DNA from: Candidatus Eiseniibacteriota bacterium
GTDB taxonomy: Bacteria; Eisenbacteria; RBG-16-71-46
NCBI GenBank assembly: GCA_031364845.1
Contig: JANLWX010000018.1
Location: 12,265 to 76,264, forward strand
Direction: 5' to 3'
DNA length: 64,000 nucleotides
Made by a program: the position numbers and the translations under genes
Notes under the pieces: generated by a model
What the model was told of the DNA's origin: nothing
The model's database searches: none
Seen by the model: the letters and a program-made list of their open reading frames with translations, nothing else
Shown: positions 28,313 through 38,204 of the stretch, one piece after another
Layout of the letters: the number at the start of each line of letters is the position of its first letter
How positions within the stretch are numbered: the first letter of the stretch is position 1

Positions 28313-29974
28313 TCAGGCCGCTTTGCGCTCCGTCGCTTCCAGGAGCGCGGTGGCGGAGAATGCCGGATGGACGGCGATCGGCGCCGTCGCATCGGCCGGA
28401 ATTTCCGCGTCGTTGGCCAGCGTCAGCGGCAGTCGCACCCAGAAGCGGCTGCCATCGCCGGGCGTGCTGTTCACCCCCACGTGTCCCCCGTGGAGTTCGG
28501 TGATGCGCTTCACCAGATGGAGCCCGATCCCGATACCGGCATTCGGTTGCTCGCTCGGCGTCACGCCCTGCCCGAACAGCTCGAAGATGTGCGTCGCTTC
28601 CTCGGGCTTGATTCCCGGGCCCTGATCGCTGACCTCGATGCGGACGCAGCGGGGCTCGCGATCGGTCGTCACCGTGATCGTGCTGCGCTCGGGACTGAAC
28701 TTGATCGCGTTCACGATCAAATTGACGATCACCTGCCGGAGCTTCACTTCGTCGATCGACAACGCCGGCAGCTCGCCGTGGAACTCCTCGCGAATCTTGA
28801 TCCGGGCGCGAGCCGCAAGCGGAGCCGACGTCTCCACCGCGCCGTGCGCCACCTCGTTCACCGACAGCATCGCGCGCTTGAGCGTGAACTTGCCGCCCTC
28901 GAGCTTCGACAGATCGAGAATGTCGTCGATCAGCCCGAGCAGCCGCTCCGCTTCGCCGCGGAGCCGGTTCAGGAACTCGGTACGCTGAGCCTTGGTCAGA
29001 TCCTTCCGGTTCTCGTCGAGCAATTCGGCATACGCGATCACCGACGTCAGCGGCGTCTTGAGTTCGTGGCTCGCGGTCGAGAGGAACAGATCCTTCATGC
29101 GGTTGGTCTCCGCGAGCTGCTCGTTCACGACTTCGAGCTCGCGCGAGCGGGAGCCGAGGCGCTCCATGGTCTCCGCGCGCTCGATCACCGCACCCACGTG
29201 TTCCGCGAACAGATTGAGCATGTCGCGGTGCCGCTCCTGGAACGGCTCGGGATGATTGATGCGGTTCACGTTCAGAACCCCCACACAGCGCTCGCCGAAT
29301 CGCAGCGGCATCGACAGGGCCGAGGTGATGTTGCGGTCGTTCTTGAAGTGGATGCCGAGCCGGTCGCGCGTCTTGTCGTCGAGCAGAATTCCCTTCTCCT
29401 GCTGTGCAACCCAGCCGGCGATGCCCTCGCCGAGCTTCTTCTTCGCATTGCGCGCGAACTCGCTCTCGAGGCCGTATGAAGCGCGCGTCTCGAGATCGCG
29501 CGTCTCGGGGTTGTAGATCATGATCGATGCCTGCTGCGCCTTGAGCGTCGAAACCACGCGGCGCACGATGATCTCGAGGATCATGTCGAGGCCCAGGTGC
29601 AGATTGAGCGTGGTCGAAACCTGGAACAGCGCGGACAGCTCCGAAAGCCGCGTGCGCACGTCCTCGGAATCGATTTCCTCCTGCTCCATGCGGCGCCGCA
29701 GGGCGTTGAGTTCGCGATGCCGCAGCGCGGTGAACAGGCACAGCAGGAGCACCAGGCCCGACAGTCCCACCATCGAGTAGTAGGCCTGCCCGAACATCTC
29801 GGGCGACAGTTCGGCGCCGGACTCGCGAACCAGCGGCAGGTAGAGGATCGCCACCGCGGCGGTGAGCCCGACCAGCACCAGACAGGTCACGGCCCACAGC
29901 ACCCAGCCCTTGCGAACCAGCCGTTCGCCACGGTCGTGGGAGGAACTCTGCTGCCGGGAATCGTTTCGGTGCAC
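28313..29974 (-). CDS. Sensor histidine kinase with N-terminal TM, GAF domain, HisKA (ASHELKTPL) and HATPase_c
   Basis: 553 aa; H-box, N, G1 and G2 motifs are readable. Confidence 0.8.
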   Translation of the reverse strand: MHRNDSRQQSSSHDRGERLVRKGWVLWAVTCLVLVGLTAAVAILYLPLVRESGAELSPEMFGQAYYSMVGLSGLVLLLCLFTALRHRELNALRRRMEQEEIDSEDVRTRLSELSALFQVSTTLNLHLGLDMILEIIVRRVVSTLKAQQASIMIYNPETRDLETRASYGLESEFARNAKKKLGEGIAGWVAQQEKGILLDDKTRDRLGIHFKNDRNITSALSMPLRFGERCVGVLNVNRINHPEPFQERHRDMLNLFAEHVGAVIERAETMERLGSRSRELEVVNEQLAETNRMKDLFLSTASHELKTPLTSVIAYAELLDENRKDLTKAQRTEFLNRLRGEAERLLGLIDDILDLSKLEGGKFTLKRAMLSVNEVAHGAVETSAPLAARARIKIREEFHGELPALSIDEVKLRQVIVNLIVNAIKFSPERSTITVTTDREPRCVRIEVSDQGPGIKPEEATHIFELFGQGVTPSEQPNAGIGIGLHLVKRITELHGGHVGVNSTPGDGSRFWVRLPLTLANDAEIPADATAPIAVHPAFSATALLEATERKAA

Positions 29975-30165
29975 CGTGGAGCCTCCAGATGTAGGGCCGG
30001 GATCGGCCTACGGCGTTATCGGCCGTTCGCGGGCCGGGCGTGAGCGGCCTCACGTGACGGGCCGGGCGGGAGCGGCCCGCGGTATCGATCCATCGGAGGA
30101 CCCGGCCCGCGCCGAACGGCCTCTGGCTCGCCCGAAACGCGGACCTCCTGTTAGATTGCGCGTCC

Positions 30166-32253
30166 GTGACGCACTCCCCGCAATTCCCGCGCCTGCCGTG
30201 GGCTGCACTCGCCGTGGCATTTCTCGCGCTGACCGGGCTCTACTGGGACGCGATCCACACGCCGTTTCTGAACGACGACTTCCTGTTCCTCGAGGAAGCA
30301 CGCACCCGTTCGCTTTCAGCTTCGCTGAGCGACCTCGGCTCGCTCGGCAACTATTTCCGGCCGCTCTCCCGCCAGATCTACTTCGCGGTCCTGACGCCGA
30401 TCGCGAACGGCCATCCGCTCGTGTTCCATCTGGTGAACTACGCGCTGTTTCTCGGCGCGCTCGTGCTGGTCGCCGATCTGCTCGCGAGCCTGATGCCGCG
30501 CGCGGGCGTGCTCGCCGGTACGATCTATTTCGCGCTGCTTCCGCTTCAGCGCGTGAATCTGATGTGGGTGTCGTGCAGCCAGGATCTCCTGGCACTCGCC
30601 GGAGCACTCGGGGCGCTCGCATTGCATCGCCGCGACCGCATACTGCCGGCGCTCGCGTGTGCGGCGGTGGCCTTCACAAGCAAGGAGACCGCACTCGCGT
30701 TGCCGCTCGGCCTCGCGGCGTGGGATCGCTTCGTCGCCGGGCGCGAAACGCGCGACGTCGTGCGACGCGTCGCCCCGGTGACCGTGCTCGCGCTGGTGTG
30801 GACGGCGATCGCGTTCACGATGCGCGCCCGCCACGCGGCCGCCCAGCCGCTCGACTTCCACCCGCTCGCCTTCGCGGCCGGGTTCGCTCATCTGTTCCAG
30901 AGTCTGCTCGGCCTCGAACACCCGTCCGGGTTCGGCGCCGCACTCGCCGCGAACGGACCGGCGTTGCTGCCGCTCGTGATTCTCGCTTCGCTGGCGCTCT
31001 TCTATGCGCCTCGGCGATCGGGCGCATCGGCGGAGACGCAGACGGCCGCGGGGACCGCGACGGTGCCCGGCCCGGTCCGCGCAGAGGCGTCGCCGGGCGC
31101 GCGTCGCGGGCTCGTCACATTCGCCGTGCTGTGGCTCATCGCGTTTGCGATCCCCGCCGGTCCCGTCGCTTCGGGTTGGAGTTCCTACTACTACACGCTA
31201 GCGGCCGTGGGTGCGGCTCTGCTGTTCGGTCTCGCTTTTTCGCGCGGCGATCGATGGACGTGGTTCGCGCTCACCGCAGGGCTCCTGTGGTGGCATGCGG
31301 CGGGCTCGAACTCGCAGGCGTTCGCCGTCAGCGAGCGTCGCTGGGTGTGGACGTCGCACCTCACGCCGTTCTATTTCCAGCGCGCTGCGTTGCTCACCGA
31401 CTCGCTCTCGCGCGAATTGCGCCGCGTGGTTCCCGACCCCGAACCGCACACGCGCTTCTTCTTCGCGTCCCTGCCCCCCTGGGCCGGATTTCAGATGGGC
31501 AACGGCGCCCTGATCCGCTCGCTCTATCGCGACACGACGCTCGCGTCCCACTTCTACTCGCAGTTCTCCGACTCGACCGCGGGCGATCTGCCGGCGCGGT
31601 TCCTGTTCTGGGACGGGCGGAAGCTGATCTCACTCTATGAGAAGACGCGCGATCCCTGGTTCCAGGTCGGTAGCGACCTGCTGCTGCTCGATCGTCCGGC
31701 CGGCGCGCGGCACGCATTCCTGCGCGGCCTGAGCTCGGGCGGCGAACGCATGGACCTGCTCTACTGGCTCGGCTGGGCCGAATTGTGGACCGGCCGTCGC
31801 GATCGCGCCGAGGCGACCTGGACGATGTTCGGAGCCATCGACGACTCGCTGGCGTGGAGGGCGCATCTGCGCGCGGCGCACAATTCGCTCGTCGAGCGCG
31901 ACACGCTCGAATCGCGCCGCCATCTGATCAGTGCGATCGAGTACGGCATGGGGCGTCCCGATGCGCACGCAGTGCTCGGCGAGTTGATCATGAACTCTCC
32001 GCACTCGCCGAACCTCAAGTACGGGCTCATGGAATTGAAGGTCGCCGCCTGGCTCAACCCGAAAGACTGGTGGGCGCGACGGCAACTCGCGGCCGGCCTC
32101 GCGCGCGTGCGTCTCGACGACGCCTCGCGCGCCGAACTGGAATCGCTGGTGCGCGATCATCCGGAGGCCGCGAACGACACGACCGTGGCGCGACTGTGGA
32201 ATCGCTACCGCGCACGCGCGACGCAGGTCATCGAGATGAACGGAGGACGTTGA
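30166..32253 (+). CDS. Polytopic GT-C-fold-like membrane protein with N-terminal DD motif loop and C-terminal TPR-like region (TMTC/PMT-like)
   Basis: 695 aa; ~11 TM helices; NDDFLFL and YFRPLSRQIYF motifs shared with the paralog at 44267. C-terminal helical repeats. Confidence 0.5.
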   Translation: MTHSPQFPRLPWAALAVAFLALTGLYWDAIHTPFLNDDFLFLEEARTRSLSASLSDLGSLGNYFRPLSRQIYFAVLTPIANGHPLVFHLVNYALFLGALVLVADLLASLMPRAGVLAGTIYFALLPLQRVNLMWVSCSQDLLALAGALGALALHRRDRILPALACAAVAFTSKETALALPLGLAAWDRFVAGRETRDVVRRVAPVTVLALVWTAIAFTMRARHAAAQPLDFHPLAFAAGFAHLFQSLLGLEHPSGFGAALAANGPALLPLVILASLALFYAPRRSGASAETQTAAGTATVPGPVRAEASPGARRGLVTFAVLWLIAFAIPAGPVASGWSSYYYTLAAVGAALLFGLAFSRGDRWTWFALTAGLLWWHAAGSNSQAFAVSERRWVWTSHLTPFYFQRAALLTDSLSRELRRVVPDPEPHTRFFFASLPPWAGFQMGNGALIRSLYRDTTLASHFYSQFSDSTAGDLPARFLFWDGRKLISLYEKTRDPWFQVGSDLLLLDRPAGARHAFLRGLSSGGERMDLLYWLGWAELWTGRRDRAEATWTMFGAIDDSLAWRAHLRAAHNSLVERDTLESRRHLISAIEYGMGRPDAHAVLGELIMNSPHSPNLKYGLMELKVAAWLNPKDWWARRQLAAGLARVRLDDASRAELESLVRDHPEAANDTTVARLWNRYRARATQVIEMNGGR

Positions 32254-33269
32254 TGGACACCCGATCGTGCGGACGCGTGGTCATCGAATCCTTCGAGAGC
32301 GCCGCACTCGCCGGCAACACCGCGGCCGATCCGGCGCTGCGCCGTGTCCCGGTCTACCTGCCGCCGTCATACGACGCGAACGGCTCGCGGCGTTATCCGG
32401 TGCTCTACGTCCTCACCGGCTTCATGGGACGCGGACGCATGCTGCTCAACGACTCACCGTGGTCGCCGTCGCTCGACGATCGCATGGACGATCTGATCGC
32501 TCGCGGCGCGTGCGACGAAATGATCCTCGTGATGCCCGACTGCTTCACGCGCTTCGGCGGCTCGCAGTATCTCAATTCGAGCGCCACCGGCCGCTACGAA
32601 GATCATCTCCTCCACGAACTCGTCCCGCACATCGACGCGCGCTATCGCACGCGCGCCGACCGCGCGCATCGGGGCCTGGTGGGCAAGTCGTCGGGCGGCT
32701 ACGGGGCGCTGCGGCTCGGCATGCGGCATCCGGAAGTGTTCGGGGCGCTCGCCTGCCACAGCGGTGATCTGTACTTCGACTATTGCTATCGCGGCGACAT
32801 CGCCCCCGCGTGCGCTGCGCTTCAGCGCTCGGGCGGGCTCGAGCCGTGGCTCACGGCGTTCGAAGCGAAGCGGCAGAAGAAGCACGAGGACTTTCTCGTG
32901 CTGAACGTGCTTGGCATGGCGGCGGCCTACTCGCCCAACCCCGCAACACAGCCATTCGGTTTCGATCTGCCGTGCGATCTCGAGACGGGAGCGTTTCGCA
33001 ACGACGTGTGGCAGCGCTGGCTCGCGAACGATCCGCTCGCACTGCTCGATGCTCACGCGGACGCCCTGCGCGCCATGTCGCTCGTCTATCTCGACTGCGG
33101 AATCCGCGACGAGTGGAACCTGCATCTCGGCGCCCGCATGTTCGCGCGGCGTCTGACCGCACTCGGCATCGCCCACGAACACCAGGAATACGACGACGGC
33201 CACATGGGCGTGAGCTACCGGTACGACGTGAGCCTGCCGCGCATCGCGCGCGCGCTGTCGTCCGCATGA
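32253..33269 (+). CDS. Esterase-family alpha/beta hydrolase (Fes/IroE-like putative esterase)
   Basis: GKSSGG nucleophile elbow (GxSxG) with His/Asp downstream. ATG overlaps the upstream stop (TGATG). Confidence 0.7.
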   Translation: MDTRSCGRVVIESFESAALAGNTAADPALRRVPVYLPPSYDANGSRRYPVLYVLTGFMGRGRMLLNDSPWSPSLDDRMDDLIARGACDEMILVMPDCFTRFGGSQYLNSSATGRYEDHLLHELVPHIDARYRTRADRAHRGLVGKSSGGYGALRLGMRHPEVFGALACHSGDLYFDYCYRGDIAPACAALQRSGGLEPWLTAFEAKRQKKHEDFLVLNVLGMAAAYSPNPATQPFGFDLPCDLETGAFRNDVWQRWLANDPLALLDAHADALRAMSLVYLDCGIRDEWNLHLGARMFARRLTALGIAHEHQEYDDGHMGVSYRYDVSLPRIARALSSA

Positions 33270-34027
33270 CCCGCGCACCGATCGCCGGGGCACCGCCGCT
33301 GGTGGTGCGCGGTCTCGTACGCCGCTACGGGGAGTTCACCGCGGTCGACGCGCTCGACCTCGACGTGCGCCCGGGCGAGATCCTCGGATTTCTCGGCCCC
33401 AACGGCGCGGGCAAGACCACCACGATCAAGTGCTGCGCCGGATTGTTGCCCGCCCATGCCGGCACGATCGAGATCGCGGGCTACCCGCTCGCGCGCCATC
33501 CGATGCTAGCGCGCGCATCGTTCGGGTACGTCCCCGATCGGCCGTTCTTCTACGAACGCCTTAGCGCGCGCGAGTTCATCGAGTTCATCGCGGCACTCTA
33601 CGATGTGCCGGGCGACGTGGCCGGTCCGCGCGCGCAGGAACTGTTCGAGCGGCTCGATCTGCTCGATGCCGCCGACGACCTCATCGAAACCTACTCGCAC
33701 GGCATGCGCCAGAAGGTCTCGCTCGCCGCCGCTCTGATCCACGATCCCGCGCTGCTGATGCTCGATGAGCCGATCACCGGTCTCGACCCTCACGGCGCGC
33801 GCATGTTGAAGGATCTGTTGCGCGAACGCGCCTCGCGCGGCCTCGGCGTTCTCGTATCGACGCACCTGCTGGACGTCGCCGAGCGCCTGTGCGATCGCGT
33901 CGTGATCCTCGATCACGGCGTGAAACGCGCCGAGGGAACCCTCGCCGAGCTGCGTGGCACCGACGCCGCGGCGACGCTCGAGGACGTGTTCCTGGCACTG
34001 ACCCGCGACGACGCGCCGGAAGCATGA
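33266..34027 (+). CDS. ABC transporter ATP-binding protein
   Basis: Walker A GPNGAGKTT, signature YSHGMRQKVSLA, Walker B LLMLDEP. Confidence 0.85.
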   Translation: MTRAPIAGAPPLVVRGLVRRYGEFTAVDALDLDVRPGEILGFLGPNGAGKTTTIKCCAGLLPAHAGTIEIAGYPLARHPMLARASFGYVPDRPFFYERLSAREFIEFIAALYDVPGDVAGPRAQELFERLDLLDAADDLIETYSHGMRQKVSLAAALIHDPALLMLDEPITGLDPHGARMLKDLLRERASRGLGVLVSTHLLDVAERLCDRVVILDHGVKRAEGTLAELRGTDAAATLEDVFLALTRDDAPEA

Positions 34028-35628
34028 TCTGGAGCGGCGTGCTGCTGAGCCGCGCCCGGCTCGCGCGCAACCAATTTCTCCCGCGCCCGGGACGCGGCTC
34101 CACGACCGGGCGCCCGCTGTTCGCCGCTACGCTCGCACTGGTGCTCGCAACCTTCGTCGCGTTCGCACTCGGCGGGCTGTTCCTCCAGCTCCAGAGCGAA
34201 GGCGCCGACGCGCGCGACGCTTCGGTGGGCCTGGCGCTCGCGCTCACCGCCTCGCTCGTCGGACTGATCGCCTTCGATCTCCACGAAGTCGTATCGACGG
34301 TAGTGCTCGACTCGGATCTCGAGTTGCTGCGCCGCGCGCCGGTTCCGGCGTGGTCGTCGTTCGCGATCAAACTGCTCGATGCGTTCCCGCGCACGTCTGC
34401 ATTGCTCGTGATCCTCGCGGTGCCGGCGCTCGTGGGCTACGCCGTGATCTATCCGGTGCCCGCATGGTGCTGGGGGCTGGTGCCGCTCGCGCTCGTGTCG
34501 CTGTGGGCGATCGCGCTCGGCCTCGGCGTCGCGGTCGCGCTGCTGCTGCTGCGCGTCGTGCCCGCGACCACCGCGCGCGAGGTGCTCGGGTTGCTCTCGA
34601 CGTTCGCGGTGTTCGTGCTGTGGATCGGAAATTCGTTCGTGCTCCCGCGCCTGGCACTCGACAGCGCCTCGCCGCTCGCGATGCTGCACGCGATCGAAGC
34701 GAAAGCCCCGTGGGGCTACCGGCTTTCGCCCGGCACCTGGATCGCCGAGATGATGGGTGCCGCGAGTGCCGGCGACGCCGCGCACGCGTTACGCGCGCTC
34801 GCCAGCACGCTCGCTGCCGCGGCGGCAGCCGTGGTGCTGGCCGGCGTCGTCGCGGCGCACCATCTGGGCTCGGTGCAGGCGCGGGTGAGCAACGCGCGCG
34901 GCCGCGCGACCCGCGGCCCGGCGCGTGCGATGCGCTTCGCACGGCGACCGGGCCTGCTGGGGGCGCTGTTGAGCCGCGATCTCAAATTGTTCCTGCGCGA
35001 CTGGACGGTGCTCGGCGACATCGTGGTCGCGAGCGCGCTGTGGACGCTGCTGCCGCTCGTCGGAGCGCCGCTCTACACGCTCGAACGCGCGCTGCTTGCG
35101 CGCGCGATGCTGCTCTCGCTCACCGTCGCACTCGGCTACGAAGTCGGAACGCGCGCGATCCCATTCGAACGCCGGGGCCTCGTGTGGGCGCGGCTCGCCC
35201 CCGTTCCCGCATGGCGCTGGATCGTTGGACGCGCGGTGTCGACGCTCGCCGTCGCGTTACCCGTGGTCGCGATCGCGGCGACCGGCGTGATCGGCGCACT
35301 CGGACTCACCGCACTCGAGATCGTGACCACACTCGCGATCGTGCTGCCGGCGCTCGCGATCGCACTGGCGATCGGACTGTGGACGGGCACCGCACATGCG
35401 AACTTCGAATGGACCCATCCCCGCGCGATGCTGACGCTCACCGGCCGCACGTTGGCGACGGTCCTGCTGCTGGCGCAGGCGGTCGGGTGGTTCGCGTGGG
35501 CGATGTACGGCACCCACGTCGCCACGGGACTCTCCGCCACGCTGTTGCCGCTCGCACTCGCCACGGTGCTGGTGCCGGCACTGCTCGCCCTGACCGCGCG
35601 GGAACTGCGGCGCCGGACGCTCGGGTAG
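34024..35628 (+). CDS. ABC-2-type transporter permease (putative)
   Basis: 534-aa highly hydrophobic protein, translationally coupled (ATGA) to the ATPase. Confidence 0.6.
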   Translation: MIWSGVLLSRARLARNQFLPRPGRGSTTGRPLFAATLALVLATFVAFALGGLFLQLQSEGADARDASVGLALALTASLVGLIAFDLHEVVSTVVLDSDLELLRRAPVPAWSSFAIKLLDAFPRTSALLVILAVPALVGYAVIYPVPAWCWGLVPLALVSLWAIALGLGVAVALLLLRVVPATTAREVLGLLSTFAVFVLWIGNSFVLPRLALDSASPLAMLHAIEAKAPWGYRLSPGTWIAEMMGAASAGDAAHALRALASTLAAAAAAVVLAGVVAAHHLGSVQARVSNARGRATRGPARAMRFARRPGLLGALLSRDLKLFLRDWTVLGDIVVASALWTLLPLVGAPLYTLERALLARAMLLSLTVALGYEVGTRAIPFERRGLVWARLAPVPAWRWIVGRAVSTLAVALPVVAIAATGVIGALGLTALEIVTTLAIVLPALAIALAIGLWTGTAHANFEWTHPRAMLTLTGRTLATVLLLAQAVGWFAWAMYGTHVATGLSATLLPLALATVLVPALLALTARELRRRTLG

Positions 35629-35630
35629 AC

Positions 35631-36980
35631 GTGCCATCCGTTTCCGCACCCTCCGCACCGCCCGCCGGCGCCGAGGGTCGCCGCAACTTCAGGCTCGCGG
35701 TATGGAATGGCGTGCTGTTCCAGGCCGCCGAAGGATTCGTCGACCCGGGCACCGTGATTCCGGTGCTGCTGTCGCGGCTCACGGCTTCGAATGCGTTGAT
35801 CGGATTCGCCTCGGCGATGAGCGACATGGGCTGGCTGCTCCCGCAGATATTGGTGGCACCGTGGGCATCGCGGCATCCGCGCCAGATGTGGCTCTACCGG
35901 CGTGCCGCGATGGTACGCGCGGTTGGCCTGTTCGCGGTCGCCGCACTCGCGATTCCACTTGCCGGTCATCCGGCAGCAATGCTCGCCGTGTTCTTCATCG
36001 GCTACGGCTCGTACTCGATCGCGGCGGGTGCCGGAGCGGTCGCGTTCATGGAAGTCGTGGGGCGCACGGTGCCTCGCGAACAGCTCACGCCGCTGTGGGC
36101 GCAGCGCCTGTTCTGGGGCGGGATCCTGAGCGCGGTCGGCGCGATCGGCGTGCGGCAGGTGCTCGAGCTGGAATCGCACGGCCTGCGTTTTACGATCCTG
36201 TTCAGCGGGGCACTCGTGTTCGCGACGAGCGGATGGATGATGTTCACGCGCATTCGCGAACCCGCCCACGCTCCCGGGGCGGGCGGCGCCTCGCCGTTCG
36301 GACTGCTGCGCGAAGGCATCGAACTCGTGAAATCGGACACCGTGTTCCGGCGGCTGCTGATCGCGCGCTCGGTGCTCAACGTGTGGTTCGCCGCGAGCCC
36401 GTTCATGGTGCTGTTCGCGGTCAACGATCTCGGCGGCCAGCTGCGCGCCGCCGGCACGTTCCTGATCGCGCGCATCGCGGGCTTCGTGCTCGGCAATCTC
36501 GTGTGGATGCCGCTCGCGCGCCATCACGGCAATCGCGCGATCATGCTCACCGGCACGGTGCTCGCCGGCGTGCTCGCGCTGCTCGCCGCGGCGATCGCGC
36601 TCGCTTCGCCATGGAAACTCGCATGGATCTCGGCGCACGCGGCCGTCATCTCGCTCGAAGTGCTCGCGTTCTTCGGAGGTGTGGTCCACAGCGCGCTCAG
36701 CGTGGGCTACGCGAGCCTGTCGATCGAACTCGCCCCACCCGGACGGCGGCAGGCGTTCGTGAGTCTGCTCAACACGTTCGTCGGACCGACGATGCTGCTT
36801 CCGATGTTGGGCGGCGCCCTGCTCGACGTGACGAATGCGCCGGTGTTGTTCACTCTGTGCGGCGTGCTCGCGCTGATCGGCAGCCATGCCGCGGCGAAGC
36901 TACCGCGCCCGCATGAGATCGGTCACGATGGCCAAGCACCGCTGACGGACTCGGGCGTTGCGATCGCCGAGAGCACTTAG
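35631..36980 (+). CDS. MFS-family transporter
   Basis: GTG start 3 nt after the permease stop. About 12 TM helices. The upstream 1.2 kb of the 876-aa track ORF is read-through of another frame. Confidence 0.65.
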   Translation: MPSVSAPSAPPAGAEGRRNFRLAVWNGVLFQAAEGFVDPGTVIPVLLSRLTASNALIGFASAMSDMGWLLPQILVAPWASRHPRQMWLYRRAAMVRAVGLFAVAALAIPLAGHPAAMLAVFFIGYGSYSIAAGAGAVAFMEVVGRTVPREQLTPLWAQRLFWGGILSAVGAIGVRQVLELESHGLRFTILFSGALVFATSGWMMFTRIREPAHAPGAGGASPFGLLREGIELVKSDTVFRRLLIARSVLNVWFAASPFMVLFAVNDLGGQLRAAGTFLIARIAGFVLGNLVWMPLARHHGNRAIMLTGTVLAGVLALLAAAIALASPWKLAWISAHAAVISLEVLAFFGGVVHSALSVGYASLSIELAPPGRRQAFVSLLNTFVGPTMLLPMLGGALLDVTNAPVLFTLCGVLALIGSHAAAKLPRPHEIGHDGQAPLTDSGVAIAEST

Positions 36981-37011
36981 GCCGGCCCACTGGCTTGAAT
37001 GGAGGCTTCCG

Positions 37012-37365
37012 ATGAAGACCCGCGAAGTGCTGGTCGCCGTCCCCGATCTGTTCTTCTCGACCCGCATCATGTCGACGGCACAGCAGCTCGGCGTCCAGGT
37101 CGTGGCCTGCGCGCCGTCTGAACTCGCGGCATGCGCCCGCAGCGCGATTCCCGATGTCGCGATCGTCGATCTGCACGCCGAAGGCGCGCTCGAAGGGGTT
37201 CGAGCGCTGCGCGCCGATCCGGTGATCGCGAACGTGCGCGTGGTGGGTTTCTATTCGCATGTGGACAACGCGCTGCGCGCCGCCGCCATCGAGGCCGGCG
37301 TCACCGAACCCATGCCGCGCTCCGCATTCACCGCGAAACTCGCAACAATCCTTTCGGGGATCTGA
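37012..37365 (+). CDS. Stand-alone receiver (REC)-like domain protein, atypical (DD pocket is PD, conserved Lys absent)
   Basis: GGAGG RBS. VLVAVPDLFF...VAIVDLH phospho-Asp context. Confidence 0.5.
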   Translation: MKTREVLVAVPDLFFSTRIMSTAQQLGVQVVACAPSELAACARSAIPDVAIVDLHAEGALEGVRALRADPVIANVRVVGFYSHVDNALRAAAIEAGVTEPMPRSAFTAKLATILSGI

Positions 37366-37415
37366 AACGTGCGTTGTTTTCCGGCTCCACCGGGAGCGGG
37401 CTATACTCCGCCGCA

Positions 37416-38204
37416 ATGACTCCTTCACGATTGCTGCTCTCGGTGGCCGCGCTGTGTTTCGCGCTGTGCGCCGCTTCCGCGCACGCCGCGGATGCGCCCG
37501 CCGTCACCGACTCGGCCCGCACTTCGGATCCGCAGGCGATCGAGATCGCCGACCGCGTGATCGCCGCCCTCGGCGGCACCGACCGCTGGAACAAGCTCCG
37601 CGGTCTGCGCTGGTCGTTCGAGTCTGCGTTGCGCGACACGGTCCGCAGCTCGCGCCGGCACAGCTGGGACAAGTACACGGGATGGCACAAGGTCTCGGGC
37701 ACGATGCGCGATGGAACCGCATTCACGTTCATCGACAACATCAACACGGGCGAAGGCCGCGCATGGATGAACGGGCAGGCGATCGAAGGCGATTCGCTGG
37801 CGAAGTTAATGAAGCGCGCGAAATCGCTGTGGACCAACGACACCTATTGGATGCTGATGCCGTACAAGCTGCGCGATCCCGGCGTGGTCCTGCGCTACGA
37901 GGGCCCGGTGCGCGAGGGCGACTACATCTGGGACAAGCTCGCGCTGTCGTTCCATCAGGTCGGCGAAACCCCCGGCGATCGCTACTGGGTGTTCGTGAAC
38001 CGCGCCACGAGTCGGGTCGAGAAGTGGGAGTTCGTCCTGCAAGGTGATGCGCCTCCGGCCAACGTCTACGCCTGGGAAGGCTGGGAAGAGCACGGCGGCC
38101 TGTGGTTCCCGACCGCGAAGCGCGGCGCGGAGGGGCGCGTGATCTACACCCGCAACATCGAGACGATGGACGCGATACCCGCCTCGGAGTTCGCTCAACC
38201 CTGA
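37416..38204 (+). CDS. Secreted hypothetical protein
   Basis: Signal peptide MTPSRLLLSVAALCFALCAASAHA; no recognisable catalytic motif. Confidence 0.5.
   Translation: MTPSRLLLSVAALCFALCAASAHAADAPAVTDSARTSDPQAIEIADRVIAALGGTDRWNKLRGLRWSFESALRDTVRSSRRHSWDKYTGWHKVSGTMRDGTAFTFIDNINTGEGRAWMNGQAIEGDSLAKLMKRAKSLWTNDTYWMLMPYKLRDPGVVLRYEGPVREGDYIWDKLALSFHQVGETPGDRYWVFVNRATSRVEKWEFVLQGDAPPANVYAWEGWEEHGGLWFPTAKRGAEGRVIYTRNIETMDAIPASEFAQP

Noticed and set aside
34350-35630. Upstream 1.3 kb of the 876-aa ORF 34350-36980
   Set aside because: Overlaps the ABC permease in another frame. Only the MFS part from GTG 35631 is credible.
35136-36887. 583-aa minus-strand ORF
   Set aside because: Antisense to the MFS transporter gene, with a low-complexity R/E/H-rich translation.
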